Assembly (NCBI GenBank): GCA_049521795.1
Contig: JBEKOM010000001.1
Span: 576,001-640,000 of the forward strand
DNA from: Candidatus Bathyarchaeia archaeon
GTDB taxonomy: Archaea; Thermoproteota; Bathyarchaeia; Bathyarchaeales; Bathycorpusculaceae
Direction: 5' to 3'
Length of the DNA stretch: 64,000 bases
Part shown: in pieces, positions 1 through 9,390 of the stretch
How positions within the stretch are numbered: the stretch's first letter is position 1
Layout: each line of letters begins with the position of its first letter
Made by a program: the position numbers and the translations under genes
The notes under the pieces: generated by a model
What the model was told of the DNA's origin: nothing
Databases searched by the model: none
The model's input: the letters and a program-made list of their open reading frames with translations, nothing else

Positions 1-501
1 TGCCGCCTGCATTATCACGTCAAGTACGTTGACGACACCATCCCCGTTAATGTCTCCAAGAATGTACCCTTCCACACCGAAAACTATGTCGAAACCAAAA
101 GCAGAAATGCCCCCTGCGTTCGGAGAAACATAAAGGCTTTGCGTAACCTGAACAGCCTTGCCCGGTACGACCCCTGCGTCCACGCAGGTCCAAGTGAAAT
201 TCAGAAACTCGGAAGCATTCGCTGGGCTGTAATTCATCGGCGCGATTGTCAGCAGAACTGGCTGATTACCTTCGTTCCGAGCGTAGACCACAACTTCCTT
301 TGTCTGCCCGGGCGATAGAACACCCCAATCTATTGAAGACACTGTCTTAGTACAGCCCGCATCCCAGTAGATGCCGATGCTGCCTGTAGCCACGACTGCA
401 GAGACGTTTGGAACAGAGTTCCTCAGGTAAAGGAATTCAAACGTGCTAACAGCTAGCATCAACACTAGTACCATGAGCAAGTAGGGCACTTTGCTGTGCA
501 A
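1..501 (-). CDS. Secreted protein with dockerin-like EF-hand repeat (3' end runs off the window)
   Basis: Not in ORF track; hand translation from TTG 501 after a G-rich RBS gives a signal-like N-terminus LHSKVPYLLMVLVLMLAVSTF and ends ILGDINGDGVVNVLDVIMQAA (dockerin-type GDxNxDGxVNxxD). Confidence 0.8.
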   Translation of the reverse strand, partial: MHSKVPYLLMVLVLMLAVSTFEFLYLRNSVPNVSAVVATGSIGIYWDAGCTKTVSSIDWGVLSPGQTKEVVVYARNEGNQPVLLTIAPMNYSPANASEFLNFTWTCVDAGVVPGKAVQVTQSLYVSPNAGGISAFGFDIVFGVEGYILGDINGDGVVNVLDVIMQAA

Positions 502-775
502 CCGCCTTCTCCCCCACCATGCGAAACTCCAGACCGGAATATCTGTCTTTCCGTCTTGGACGATTGCAAAGTAGACGTTGCAACAAAAGAAGAAGGCAGT
601 CAAGGTGTGGCATACGAGCTCAAAAGTTCATAGATTGAAAATCCCGCGCATGTCGTGGCCACTTCGCCAGCGCAGCTGAGCGTTAAAGTGATAGCTGATC
701 TCGCGGAAGTTCTGAGGTTTGTCGCTCAGCATGATGCGCACAGAGCGTGTGTCCACTCGCGTCTAACAGAAGTCA

Positions 776-805
776 AACAAAGAAAGAAAAGGCGAGGTTC
801 TCGCC
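776..805 (-). terminator. Probable terminator downstream of alba
   Basis: Minus strand GGCGAG-AAC-CTCGCC hairpin followed by TTTTCTTTCTTT. Confidence 0.5.
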
Positions 806-839
806 AAATGGGGTACTTGGTTTTTTAGGATTTCTTTTT

Positions 840-1127
840 CTAATCCTTTGCCAGCGTTATTTCCATTGTAGAAACCGCTCTTGCACCGCTTTCGCCTTCC
901 CTGGCGGGCATCTGCTCTGTACCTATGGCGATCTTTTGAACTTTCAGGTCCTTGAGGAAGCGGCTTCTCGTTATCTCAGCAACGTCAACCGCTGTCGTGA
1001 TTGCTTGTCCTCTTGCCTTCAGTGTTATCTCTTTGCTGTTGGATGCCGATAGGCTGGTAATGATCGCCAGGACGTAGCTCATTGCTGGTTTCCTGCCAAT
1101 GAAAACAATTTTCGAACTCTCTGCCAT
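840..1127 (-). CDS. albA: DNA/RNA-binding chromatin protein Alba
   Basis: VFIGRKPAMSYV, LKARGQAITTAVDVAE, VSTMEITL motifs; ATG 1127 after AGGAGTGA. Confidence 0.93.
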   Translation of the reverse strand: MAESSKIVFIGRKPAMSYVLAIITSLSASNSKEITLKARGQAITTAVDVAEITRSRFLKDLKVQKIAIGTEQMPAREGESGARAVSTMEITLAKD

Positions 1128-1452
1128 TTTTTTCACTCCTTTTGTTTTTAATTGTGTGTAGCGTTGTGTCTCTGTCTCATGTTCTCAACAGAACGCTACC
1201 GCGCCCTAATAATGCGCAACTCTCCTTTATAAACGCGCTGAAAACAAACTTCTATTCGATGCCTCTAGACAAAATCTGTTCAGGGGCCGTCAATGATCCA
1301 GATTGGTTCAGCCACTATTCGTGTAACCACACACTTACTCGTTTATGATCCGAAGTCAAGTTTTTCCTGTTAAATTCGTGGGCACTGCACGATGACAAAT
1401 CTCTTATGCTCTAATTCGACTGATAAGTAGAGACTGAGAGGTGAATTCGCGG

Positions 1453-1758
1453 ATGGGGTTTGTGAAAGTCGCTTCGACAAGGGACCTGAAGCCAGGTGAG
1501 ATGAGAGAAGCCGGCGCAGGAGGAAAAGAGATCTGCGTTGCCAACGTGGGAGGCAAGTACTACGCGATTGGCAATCGTTGCACACACATGGGCTGCTTGC
1601 TTTCAGACGGCACGTTAAGGGGGGAAAACGTAACGTGTCCGTGTCACGGTTCAGTTTTCAACGTTCTAACCGGTGCCGTGGTGAAAGGACCTGCACAAAA
1701 ATCTGAACCTGCGTATGGAACAAGGGTATTAGAAGACCAAGTGTCGATCGACGTGTGA
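1453..1758 (+). CDS. Rieske [2Fe-2S] ferredoxin
   Basis: CTH...CPCHGSVF Rieske ligands; GAGGTGA RBS before ATG 1453. Confidence 0.9.
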   Translation: MGFVKVASTRDLKPGEMREAGAGGKEICVANVGGKYYAIGNRCTHMGCLLSDGTLRGENVTCPCHGSVFNVLTGAVVKGPAQKSEPAYGTRVLEDQVSIDV

Positions 1759-1798
1759 ATGGGAAGTTACTCCTTTTGAGCAAGCGCATCTGGGGAGT

Positions 1799-3232
1799 CT
1801 ATAGGCTTTTCAGGAAGCCTCTGGTGACGTCCCTTGCGGATTGAAGAAGGGGGTGTTTTATTTCTGTGACAGCTCCAAACTTTCTGAGTCTTTCGACTCT
1901 GAAGTAGATAGGCGGATGTGGATCAAAGCTTATCCATTCTTGAAAGCGATACGCAGGGATCCGCTCATAGAGAAGTCTTTTGAACCCTATTTCTTCTAGC
2001 GCGTTGGCCAGAATGTTTGGTTGTCCCATTACGATCGCTGACGTTAAGTCTGCCCTTGCTTCGAAGAACTTGGCGATGAAATACGTGATCGTCGAGAGCA
2101 CCCAGAAATAGATGAAGAGAAGAACAATGGAGCTTGTTGGAAAGAATCCGAAGATTACGTAGAACCACAGAAGGTATTGCACAGCAGATAGTCCGTAGAG
2201 CCAGAAGGGATCACGCCCTCTTAGGTGTCCAAACTCGTGTCCTAGGACGCTGAGAAGCTCGTCTTCCTCGAGTTGTACGAGAGCCCCCGTGGTAATCAAG
2301 ACTATTCCTCGGCTTGGGCTTGGGCCGGAGGCAGCTGCGTTAGGAGCTAAAGTGTTGGTGACCACGATCTCTGGCACTTTAAAATGGAATTTGTCTGCCA
2401 CCTTTTTTACAAGTTCGTAAACATTTACCTTTGTTGAAGACAGATTCTCTGGGCTGCACTCAAGTCCATACTTTCTAAAAATCTGCCCAGTCGTCTCGCA
2501 GTTGATTTCCCCGTTCTTGGCGATTGTCTCTTGATAAATCTCTTTCTTTATTTCTGCGAGCTTTTTAGGAGGGTACTTCTGCCTGAAATCGTCCTGTCGT
2601 TCAATCGGCACGTTGTATTCAAGAATATGTATTGTCGGGTTCTCTTCGGTGATTCGCCAGTCTGAGGTTCTTTCAATAATCTTCGGTGAATACACGACGA
2701 ATATCAACATAAACGCCAGTAGGACAATCGGCGTGTAAGGACCGATGAGGAAGAACAGGAACAAGCCTAGCGTGATGAATATGACGAAGAGGAAAACTTG
2801 AGTCTCGAGAAAAATGCGGTTCAACGGTTTCTTTTCTTTACCAGAAATCTTTTCTGGTACAATCCTCTCACCTTCTCGCCACGCAAAGAAGAGTGTGCCC
2901 GCTCTAACCTTTTCTTCAAATGATTGAACTGAGATCACGAGGTCCTGCCTAACTTGGGTTATCGTGTCTTCAGGGAGGTTTTCACTTAGCGGCGTCATGT
3001 TTACTTCAATCGGCTTCCCACCATTGACCACCACTTCTAGAAGACGTGTTCCAGACTGATCCAGAGTTGTGAAGGTAAGGGAAGAACGGCCGCCGACCGT
3101 GACTCTTGAGATGTTGGCAAACCTTTGTCCTTGGGGCACGAGGTATTTTTGATAAATATAGTCCAACAAGCTTCCCACGAAGCTTTCGGGAATTTCCATG
3201 TTAATCGAGAAGGAAACAGCTTTGTTGGACAT
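1799..3232 (-). CDS. M48 (HtpX-like) membrane metalloprotease with long N-terminal extension
   Basis: PNAAASG, HEFGH zinc motif, EARAD, HPP motif, several TM segments. Confidence 0.85.
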   Translation of the reverse strand: MSNKAVSFSINMEIPESFVGSLLDYIYQKYLVPQGQRFANISRVTVGGRSSLTFTTLDQSGTRLLEVVVNGGKPIEVNMTPLSENLPEDTITQVRQDLVISVQSFEEKVRAGTLFFAWREGERIVPEKISGKEKKPLNRIFLETQVFLFVIFITLGLFLFFLIGPYTPIVLLAFMLIFVVYSPKIIERTSDWRITEENPTIHILEYNVPIERQDDFRQKYPPKKLAEIKKEIYQETIAKNGEINCETTGQIFRKYGLECSPENLSSTKVNVYELVKKVADKFHFKVPEIVVTNTLAPNAAASGPSPSRGIVLITTGALVQLEEDELLSVLGHEFGHLRGRDPFWLYGLSAVQYLLWFYVIFGFFPTSSIVLLFIYFWVLSTITYFIAKFFEARADLTSAIVMGQPNILANALEEIGFKRLLYERIPAYRFQEWISFDPHPPIYFRVERLRKFGAVTEIKHPLLQSARDVTRGFLKSL

Positions 3233-3327
3233 TCACCTTCCTCTTTCAGCCGCGCATACGTTTCAGTGTCTTACAAACATGTTCATAATAAAGTTGACCG
3301 TCAGACAGGTACAGCCGTAGTCGGAAT

Positions 3328-3939
3328 CTATGGCTTTTCCATGAAAGCGACAAATTCTTCAACGGTGCGCTTTTGCAGTGTGTAGTTCGACCGCCTTTCT
3401 TCGCCGACCGTTGAGTTGGGCTTCGGTCCGTAGTCGTGGCCCGGATAAACTTCGACGTTGTCGTCAAGTTTCATCAGCTTGTCAAAGAGGCTGTGGTACA
3501 TGTCCTCGGAACTTCCATCGCCCAAATCTGTTCTTCCGCACTCGCCTACGAAAAGAGTGTCACCGGTCAGTACTTTCCCGTTGACTAGTAAGCATATGCT
3601 GTCTGGGCTGTGTCCTGGGGTGTGAACGACCTTGATTGAGACTTTGCCAAGCTCCAAAACGTCGCCTTCAACCACTGCTGTATCCTTCCTGGCTCTTGAG
3701 AGTTTGTGGGCGACGATTTTTGCGCCGAAGGCTGACCTTATGTCTTCATTGCCCGCAGTGTGGTCCCCGTGACTGTGCGTGTTTATGACATACTTAGCCA
3801 TCAGGTTTTGGGTGTGCAACAGAAGGCTTATTGCGTCGACGTTGTAACTGGGGTCAACGACCGCGGCTTCTCTGCTGTTCTCATCTGCGATGACGTAGGA
3901 GAAGTTGTCGCCTCGATATTTGATCTGTTTGAAAAACAT
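3328..3939 (-). CDS. Metallo-beta-lactamase fold hydrolase (glyoxalase II-like)
   Basis: THSHGDH, HTPGHS, TGDTLF, YPGHDY motifs. Confidence 0.9.
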   Translation of the reverse strand: MFFKQIKYRGDNFSYVIADENSREAAVVDPSYNVDAISLLLHTQNLMAKYVINTHSHGDHTAGNEDIRSAFGAKIVAHKLSRARKDTAVVEGDVLELGKVSIKVVHTPGHSPDSICLLVNGKVLTGDTLFVGECGRTDLGDGSSEDMYHSLFDKLMKLDDNVEVYPGHDYGPKPNSTVGEERRSNYTLQKRTVEEFVAFMEKP

Positions 3940-3959
3940 GGTTGCACCATCATGCTATC

Positions 3960-5336
3960 TTATTCTTTTCGGATATATGGCTCTGTTGGAAGATGCTCCA
4001 TCTTCATTCCTAGGTCAGCTAGGTCTTTCAAGTTTCCAACGCATCCGACGCTTGCGTCAATGTTGCGGTGTAAAGGATGGAACCACATGTTCTTTGGCAC
4101 GAGGTTGAACTGCAAAGGAATTCTGACTGTGACGCCGTATTTTCCGTTCAGATCCTTGAACAAGGAGCCTGTTGAGCATGCCAGTCGCGTCGTAGTGTAG
4201 CTCTTCAACAACTCTGAAGCGCCGAAGGCTCCGATGCCGTGCCACAGAACAGCGTTTTCCGGTGACGTCAGAGAGTACAGGAAGAACTGGGGTGAAGACG
4301 GCGTTTCCTTGAAGTTGTAGTTGACCAACTTTTCACCTTCCACCGTGAAACTGTCATCAGCTTTTGCTAGGCTGATGTCTGAAGGGTCGATCGCATTCGG
4401 GTAAAGCAGCGTCGTTCGATAGTCGACTTTGACGCTTTTGAGCTTGGTTCCGTCGAAGTAGATCCTCCCTCTCACGGCACGTTTTGACCCGTAGCCCTTC
4501 GGCGAATGTGGAACCGTCAAAAGTGTGGTCAGGTTCTTCATGCTTCTGCCCATGCATCTGTAAACTAGCTCAACCGACGAATAGTCCTTGTGAGCCTCTC
4601 TTATGATGTAGTGTAGCAAGCCGTCTGATGACTCTTTTTCCAGAGCACTCAGTGGTAACCGCATCGAGTAAAGAAGCATGTCGATGCCGAAAGCCTCTGA
4701 CAGCTTTTCCAAGTGTTCATATTTTACGGCGTCTATCATGTCCACGTAGCTCTTGTTGCCAGACTTGAGGTGGCGATATATCCTTTCAACTTCGCCCTTG
4801 CAGAAAAGTGACCCTTCATACTTCTGTGCGAACTGCTGGTCTATCTCAAGCTTCTCTGTGCTCACAGCAGCGGCCGGAAGGGCACTTTGCCCGCTGTTCA
4901 CTATCGACTCTTTAAGCGGGTTCATCGAATACCTGTCCGCCTCGATATCGTCGGTGTTCAGCAGGAAAGAGACGACAAATCCATCAGGAGGCTTCTTCAG
5001 CAATGTGCATATTTCTTCCGTGTCCTGCACGGTCGGCTCATGCAATCCACGCTGGTGAAAGTAGTTAGCGCAGACCTCAAGCAGACGTGTGGCTATGATT
5101 CCCTGAACCTCTTCAACCGTGAGCTGCGGGTTTGAATACTCAACGGAGCATCTTAGGAAGAAGTGTGAGCCGTCACACGGAACGTCGCTTCTCTGCCCGT
5201 TCTTGAGGTAATACAGGTTGACGGGTTTTCTTATATCCTCTTTGAACGTGCCGAGTTCCCGCACTAAGGCATCGACACAAGGCCATGAACTCTTCAGAAA
5301 GTCTTCAACGATTATTCTGCACAGGTCGGACGACAA
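3960..5336 (-). CDS. Hypothetical protein, about 458 aa
   Basis: Long ORF between the GNAT and MBL genes; likely TTG start at 5336 after GAGGGTGA; no motif recognised. Confidence 0.7.
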   Translation of the reverse strand: MSSDLCRIIVEDFLKSSWPCVDALVRELGTFKEDIRKPVNLYYLKNGQRSDVPCDGSHFFLRCSVEYSNPQLTVEEVQGIIATRLLEVCANYFHQRGLHEPTVQDTEEICTLLKKPPDGFVVSFLLNTDDIEADRYSMNPLKESIVNSGQSALPAAAVSTEKLEIDQQFAQKYEGSLFCKGEVERIYRHLKSGNKSYVDMIDAVKYEHLEKLSEAFGIDMLLYSMRLPLSALEKESSDGLLHYIIREAHKDYSSVELVYRCMGRSMKNLTTLLTVPHSPKGYGSKRAVRGRIYFDGTKLKSVKVDYRTTLLYPNAIDPSDISLAKADDSFTVEGEKLVNYNFKETPSSPQFFLYSLTSPENAVLWHGIGAFGASELLKSYTTTRLACSTGSLFKDLNGKYGVTVRIPLQFNLVPKNMWFHPLHRNIDASVGCVGNLKDLADLGMKMEHLPTEPYIRKE

Positions 5337-5343
5337 CTCATGA

Positions 5344-6186
5344 TCACCCTCTCTCCAAAGATTCAGCCATGAGGACGCAATCTCCAGTGACCGATGGACC
5401 ATAAAACATCCTTTCCACTCGGAAGCTTTCATGGAAGCCAGATTCCAGCAACATGGAAACAACCCGCTTTTCCCTTTTCGGAACAAACACTGACGCTTCG
5501 AGACCCTCCACCGCGCCTAAAGTGGCTCTTAACAGATCGAGTGCCGTTTTGGCCTGTCCCCTCTTGCACGCTAGGGGGCCTAATTCAGCTACGCCCCTGT
5601 ACACTTTTGCGGCCGAGAACCCTGAGACCTGCCCATCTTCGGTTGATACGAAGCATAAATTGTCACGGTCCATGAGAATCGGTTCAAGCATCCTTCTACG
5701 GGATGCGCCGAAACAAGACTCGTCGAAGGCGATGACATCCGCCAGTTCTTGTTCTTCAGCTTTTCTCACATTAGCCCCGACTGGCGAAGAAAAGCCTTTC
5801 CCCTTCAAGACTGTGAACTCGGAGTCGCGTTTGAAGCCGAGCCTCCTGTAGAACGGGATTTTCTCCATGTACGCGTACAAGCCGACGGTTTCAACGTTTT
5901 TTTCTGTCAAGTACTCAAGAGCGTGCTTGACCAGCAGTGTTCCTGCACCCCTGTTCCTTTTGCTCTCGTCGACGATGAGGTTTCCAAACCAGCCGAGCTT
6001 GCCATAGCTCACGGCGGTCGCGATTCCCACCCTGTCCGAGCCGTCAAGAAGCACAAAACACCCCTCCGGTTCCAACTCCATCATGAATTCAAAGTCTTGC
6101 TCCGCCAACCCCCAGCCCATCAGGCCGGTGATGCGGACGGCGAACTCGAAATCTGCCCTTGACATTTTCCTTACGTGGAACGTCAT
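5344..6186 (-). CDS. GNAT family N-acetyltransferase (two-domain)
   Basis: LIVDESKRNRGAGTLL acetyl-CoA motif A, FYRRLGF; second domain with LGPL. Confidence 0.85.
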   Translation of the reverse strand: MTFHVRKMSRADFEFAVRITGLMGWGLAEQDFEFMMELEPEGCFVLLDGSDRVGIATAVSYGKLGWFGNLIVDESKRNRGAGTLLVKHALEYLTEKNVETVGLYAYMEKIPFYRRLGFKRDSEFTVLKGKGFSSPVGANVRKAEEQELADVIAFDESCFGASRRRMLEPILMDRDNLCFVSTEDGQVSGFSAAKVYRGVAELGPLACKRGQAKTALDLLRATLGAVEGLEASVFVPKREKRVVSMLLESGFHESFRVERMFYGPSVTGDCVLMAESLERG

Positions 6187-6308
6187 GCGCTCAGCCCTCT
6201 TCACGATGGATTGACGATTCTCAAGACTTATACGAGAGGATAAACTTTACTAACAACTCTCTTCGGGATGAAGACCGCAGGAAGGAACAAACAACGGTAA
6301 CGCCACGC

Positions 6309-6824
6309 TTGCCCGTGAGAATAGTCCGCAAGGCTCCAGTATCAACCTACCCGTTCAAAGATTACTTCAGCGGTTTCGAGAACGTTGAAGCCGTGAAGAA
6401 GATCTTCGGCCAAAAGACGGATGACGTTCTGTCAAATCTGAGGGTAGAGTTCATTGGGCGAAGAGGCTACATGGGCGTCAGCGAGGTCGACGGACACCTC
6501 ATAGCCAGCGCAGATTATTTATGCAGGGGCAACAGGGTCGAGATATACCTCGACATAATCCATGAGTTAGTTCATGTCAAGCAGTTTGCCGAAGGGAAGG
6601 AGCTTTTCGACCACAACTACTCCTACACAGAAAGGCCGACAGAAGTCGAGGCCTACCGATGTGCAGTTGAGGAGGCAAGAAGACTGGGACTGAGTGACAA
6701 AAGAATCTGTGCGTACCTGAAGACCGAGTGGATGACTGACGCCGACTTCAGGCGACTTGCAAAAGCTGTAAACGTTAACTGCGCGAAAAAGCCGAGAAGC
6801 AGAAGTAGTCACAGAGCCCCCTGA
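6309..6824 (+). CDS. Hypothetical zincin-like protein
   Basis: IIHELVHVKQ HExxH motif plus downstream EVEAY; start uncertain (TTG 6309 avoids overlap). Confidence 0.6.
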   Translation: MPVRIVRKAPVSTYPFKDYFSGFENVEAVKKIFGQKTDDVLSNLRVEFIGRRGYMGVSEVDGHLIASADYLCRGNRVEIYLDIIHELVHVKQFAEGKELFDHNYSYTERPTEVEAYRCAVEEARRLGLSDKRICAYLKTEWMTDADFRRLAKAVNVNCAKKPRSRSSHRAP

Positions 6825-6966
6825 CAGCATTTGTGTCCCTTAGAAAAGGGACAAGCTGAAGGACAGCAAGAGACGATCAGCGGAACTAGCCCGTAGCTAC
6901 TCCAAAAGAGCAATATTCCGATTCTGCACAGTAACTGGTGGGAATGAAAATATTGAAAGTTGCGAC

Positions 6967-7983
6967 TTGGAGAGTGCAGCGCCAGTGAAAGGCTCGATCC
7001 AAGGTGCACACTTGATTGGAGTAGACTTGGGAGGTACCCGCGTAAGAGTTGTGCTCTCAGACGAAAAGGGCAACTTCATTGAGAAGAGAAGCGAAGAGGT
7101 TGACAAGAGAAACGCCGAGGCGATCTCCGACCAGATAGTCAAGCTTACGCGTTTCTTATGCACTAAACATGGCTTTGACGTCAAATCATTACTGGGCGTA
7201 GGGATCGTGTCGGCGGGCCCTCTGATTCAAGACGAGGGCGTGCTCTTCAAACCGCCGAACCTGCCGTTTGACCGTATACCTATCACGAAGCCCATCACAG
7301 AAAAGCTCGGCGTACCAGCATGTTTGATCAACGATTGTGTCGGGGCGGTTCTCGGCGAAAAAATGTTCGGCGCCGCAAAAGGGCTGGACAACTGCGTCTA
7401 CATAACCATAAGCACCGGCTTAGGCTGCGGAGCGATCGTTAACGGCACTTTGCTCTTGGGAAAAGATGGGAACGCCCATGAAGTCGGTCATTTCGTCATA
7501 GACTCTCAAGGCAGGCTGACATGTGGCTGCGGAAGACGTGGCCACTGGGAAGCTTATTGCTCTGGGAGAAACATTCCGAACTATGCCAGAATGAGATTCA
7601 AAGAAATGCGTGCGAAAACGGTGAAGGAAAGTTTGCTGTTCAATACAGTAGGAGGCGACCTGTCAAGGTTGGTTGCAGCTGACCTGTTCGCCTGTGCAAA
7701 AAAGGGCGACAGTCTGTCTGTCAAACTCGTCAACGAAATTGGGGTTCTGAACGCAATGGGCTTCGCGAGCGTGATAAACGCCTACGACCCGTCCCTTATC
7801 ACGGTTGGTGGCACTGTAACATTGAGGAACAAGAAAATGATCCTGTCTCCAATCAATAAATACGTGAAAGACTACGCGATAAACAGGGTTCCGAAGATTA
7901 TGGTTACACCTCTGGGCGAGGATGTCGGTGTTTACGGAGCTGTTGCAGCTGCTCTAAAATACATACCATCCGCTGTGAAATAG
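6967..7983 (+). CDS. ROK family sugar kinase (glucokinase-like)
   Basis: GVDLGGT, ND, STGLGCG, EVGH, CGCGRRGHWEAY motifs. Confidence 0.92.
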   Translation: MESAAPVKGSIQGAHLIGVDLGGTRVRVVLSDEKGNFIEKRSEEVDKRNAEAISDQIVKLTRFLCTKHGFDVKSLLGVGIVSAGPLIQDEGVLFKPPNLPFDRIPITKPITEKLGVPACLINDCVGAVLGEKMFGAAKGLDNCVYITISTGLGCGAIVNGTLLLGKDGNAHEVGHFVIDSQGRLTCGCGRRGHWEAYCSGRNIPNYARMRFKEMRAKTVKESLLFNTVGGDLSRLVAADLFACAKKGDSLSVKLVNEIGVLNAMGFASVINAYDPSLITVGGTVTLRNKKMILSPINKYVKDYAINRVPKIMVTPLGEDVGVYGAVAAALKYIPSAVK

Positions 7984-8211
7984 TCAGAAACGATGCTTAC
8001 TTGACTTGATCAGTGGGCCAAAAACAGAACCGTTCTAGGTCGTCAGCTTAGATCGTGGAAGTGCTCGTAGGATCTGAAACGTCCATGTAAGCAAAACTGC
8101 AACATACGGGGCTCATTCTTCTCAAGGAGCACTAGTAGTGATATGAGGCCCCCACCTACTTCTCGCATTCACATCTCGACTTCGAGAGTATGCGCGTCAA
8201 CTCAATAGGAG

Positions 8212-8442
8212 CTACTTGGTTGTTGTTGTTGCCTTTGGTGTTTCCTTCTTCATCAGGGCCCATGCGGCTATTATGATGCCAACCAAGCCGATGACTCCGG
8301 CTAAACCGTAAAAGTACCAACCATTGCCTGAACCGTAGGCTATCCCGAAGTCGTAAGCACCGGAATAGCGGACCGCGCCGAGTATTAGAGCAATGATGAT
8401 CAGTATAGCACCGAGGCCCACACCTATAGTCTTGCTATTCAA
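8212..8442 (-). CDS. Small two-TM membrane protein
   Basis: Two hydrophobic segments; GAGGT RBS; TATA-like TTTTAAATA at 8481-8489. Confidence 0.7.
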   Translation of the reverse strand: MNSKTIGVGLGAILIIIALILGAVRYSGAYDFGIAYGSGNGWYFYGLAGVIGLVGIIIAAWALMKKETPKATTTTK

Positions 8443-8501
8443 TTTTTTAACCTCTTGCCTAGGCGTTTAGGAGTAAGTGCTATTTAAAATACTCGCAGCT
8501 G

Positions 8502-8550
8502 GGTTCTGGTACCTCTTCGTCTGTTTTATCTCCTTGTTACTTTTCGTCTG
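8502..8550 (+). repeat. Left terminal inverted repeat (49 bp, bipartite)
   Basis: Against the reverse complement of 12304-12352: 22/26 identity, 7-nt unmatched spacer, then 15/16 identity; TCGTCTG repeated at 27-bp spacing. Confidence 0.9.
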
Positions 8551-8656
8551 TTACATTCAAAACGGGCCCATATGAGCTTTCTAGACTTTTTTGTCATGGT
8601 TTTTTGTAGCGCGCACCCCGACAAGGTTTTAAATTAGCAATTACAGAGAACATTAT

Positions 8657-8727
8657 AGAAGAATGAGGGGAAGGGCAGGATTTTTTCTCCTTTCTCCCTT
8701 TCTTGCCCTTTCCCCTCTCTCTCTTCT
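8657..8727 (+). ncRNA. Candidate hairpin small RNA inside the transposon
   Basis: GAGGGGAAGGGCAGGA (8665-8680) pairs with TCTTGCCCTTTCCCCTC (8701-8717), extended by AGAAGA/TCTTCT; 20-nt pyrimidine loop; TTTTAAAT box at 8627-8634. Confidence 0.4.
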
Positions 8728-8847
8728 CCTTCTGGTGCAGTCTTGGCACTTAGTATCGCGTACGCTATTACGGCTTATGAAAGATAGTTCTAGAAGAATC
8801 ATCTATTCACTCATGGCTGATTGGCGATTTTTCCTCTGTGAAGTTGT

Positions 8848-9048
8848 TTGGGACATCGCAAAAGCAAATGGGTTGTCGCAAGAAAAGAAGGCAAGCATCC
8901 GATTCGCATTGTTGCTGGAACACATTTTCGCTTGAAAAGAACCGCTATCAAGAAAGCTGGACAACTCAACCGAGCCTTCAGGCCTAGAAAAGATATTCGC
9001 TTCGTCGTTAGGCGTGAGGGTTGGAACAGAAAACGCTGGTATTCCTGA
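8848..9048 (+). CDS. Small, very basic hypothetical protein (transposon cargo)
   Basis: 66 aa, R/K-rich; stop converges on the stop of the next gene with an 11-bp gap. Confidence 0.55.
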   Translation: MGHRKSKWVVARKEGKHPIRIVAGTHFRLKRTAIKKAGQLNRAFRPRKDIRFVVRREGWNRKRWYS

Positions 9049-9059
9049 CAACAGTTGTC

Positions 9060-9317
9060 TTAGGCTTTGCGTTTCCGAGGCAGCGCAAGGTAGAAGCCGA
9101 TCAACATTACTGCGAAAGGATACATCCCAGTTAGAAAGGTGTTTACCGTTGAGAAAGGAAGAAAAAGAGCAAAGGGCTGGAAAATTAATGCGACGACATA
9201 CCTCAAGTTATCCATACCTTGCGCGCTAACCAAATAGCTGACAGAGTTTATCGCAATTCCTGCGCAGAACCCATAGATCACTAAGAATATGCCTATACTA
9301 CGTCGGTTTAGTTTCAT
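9060..9317 (-). CDS. Small membrane protein (transposon cargo)
   Basis: ATG 9317 gives 85 aa with 2-3 hydrophobic segments and a basic tail; avoids overlap with the divergent gene. Confidence 0.55.
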   Translation of the reverse strand: MKLNRRSIGIFLVIYGFCAGIAINSVSYLVSAQGMDNLRYVVALIFQPFALFLPFSTVNTFLTGMYPFAVMLIGFYLALPRKRKA

Positions 9318-9390
9318 TAGCTTCAGAGGAAAAATGCTAAATTCAACCTCTGAGTATGTTTGAATGGAAGAGGGAGAGGGGAGAAGCGTC

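Noticed and set aside
8016-8031. Lone ACAGAACC resembling an IS6-type end
   Set aside because: No partner end or flanking duplication found.
8663-8935. 90-aa ORF over the hairpin
   Set aside because: N-terminus comes from a low-complexity pyrimidine tract and it overlaps the 8848 ORF; kept only as an alternative to the ncRNA.
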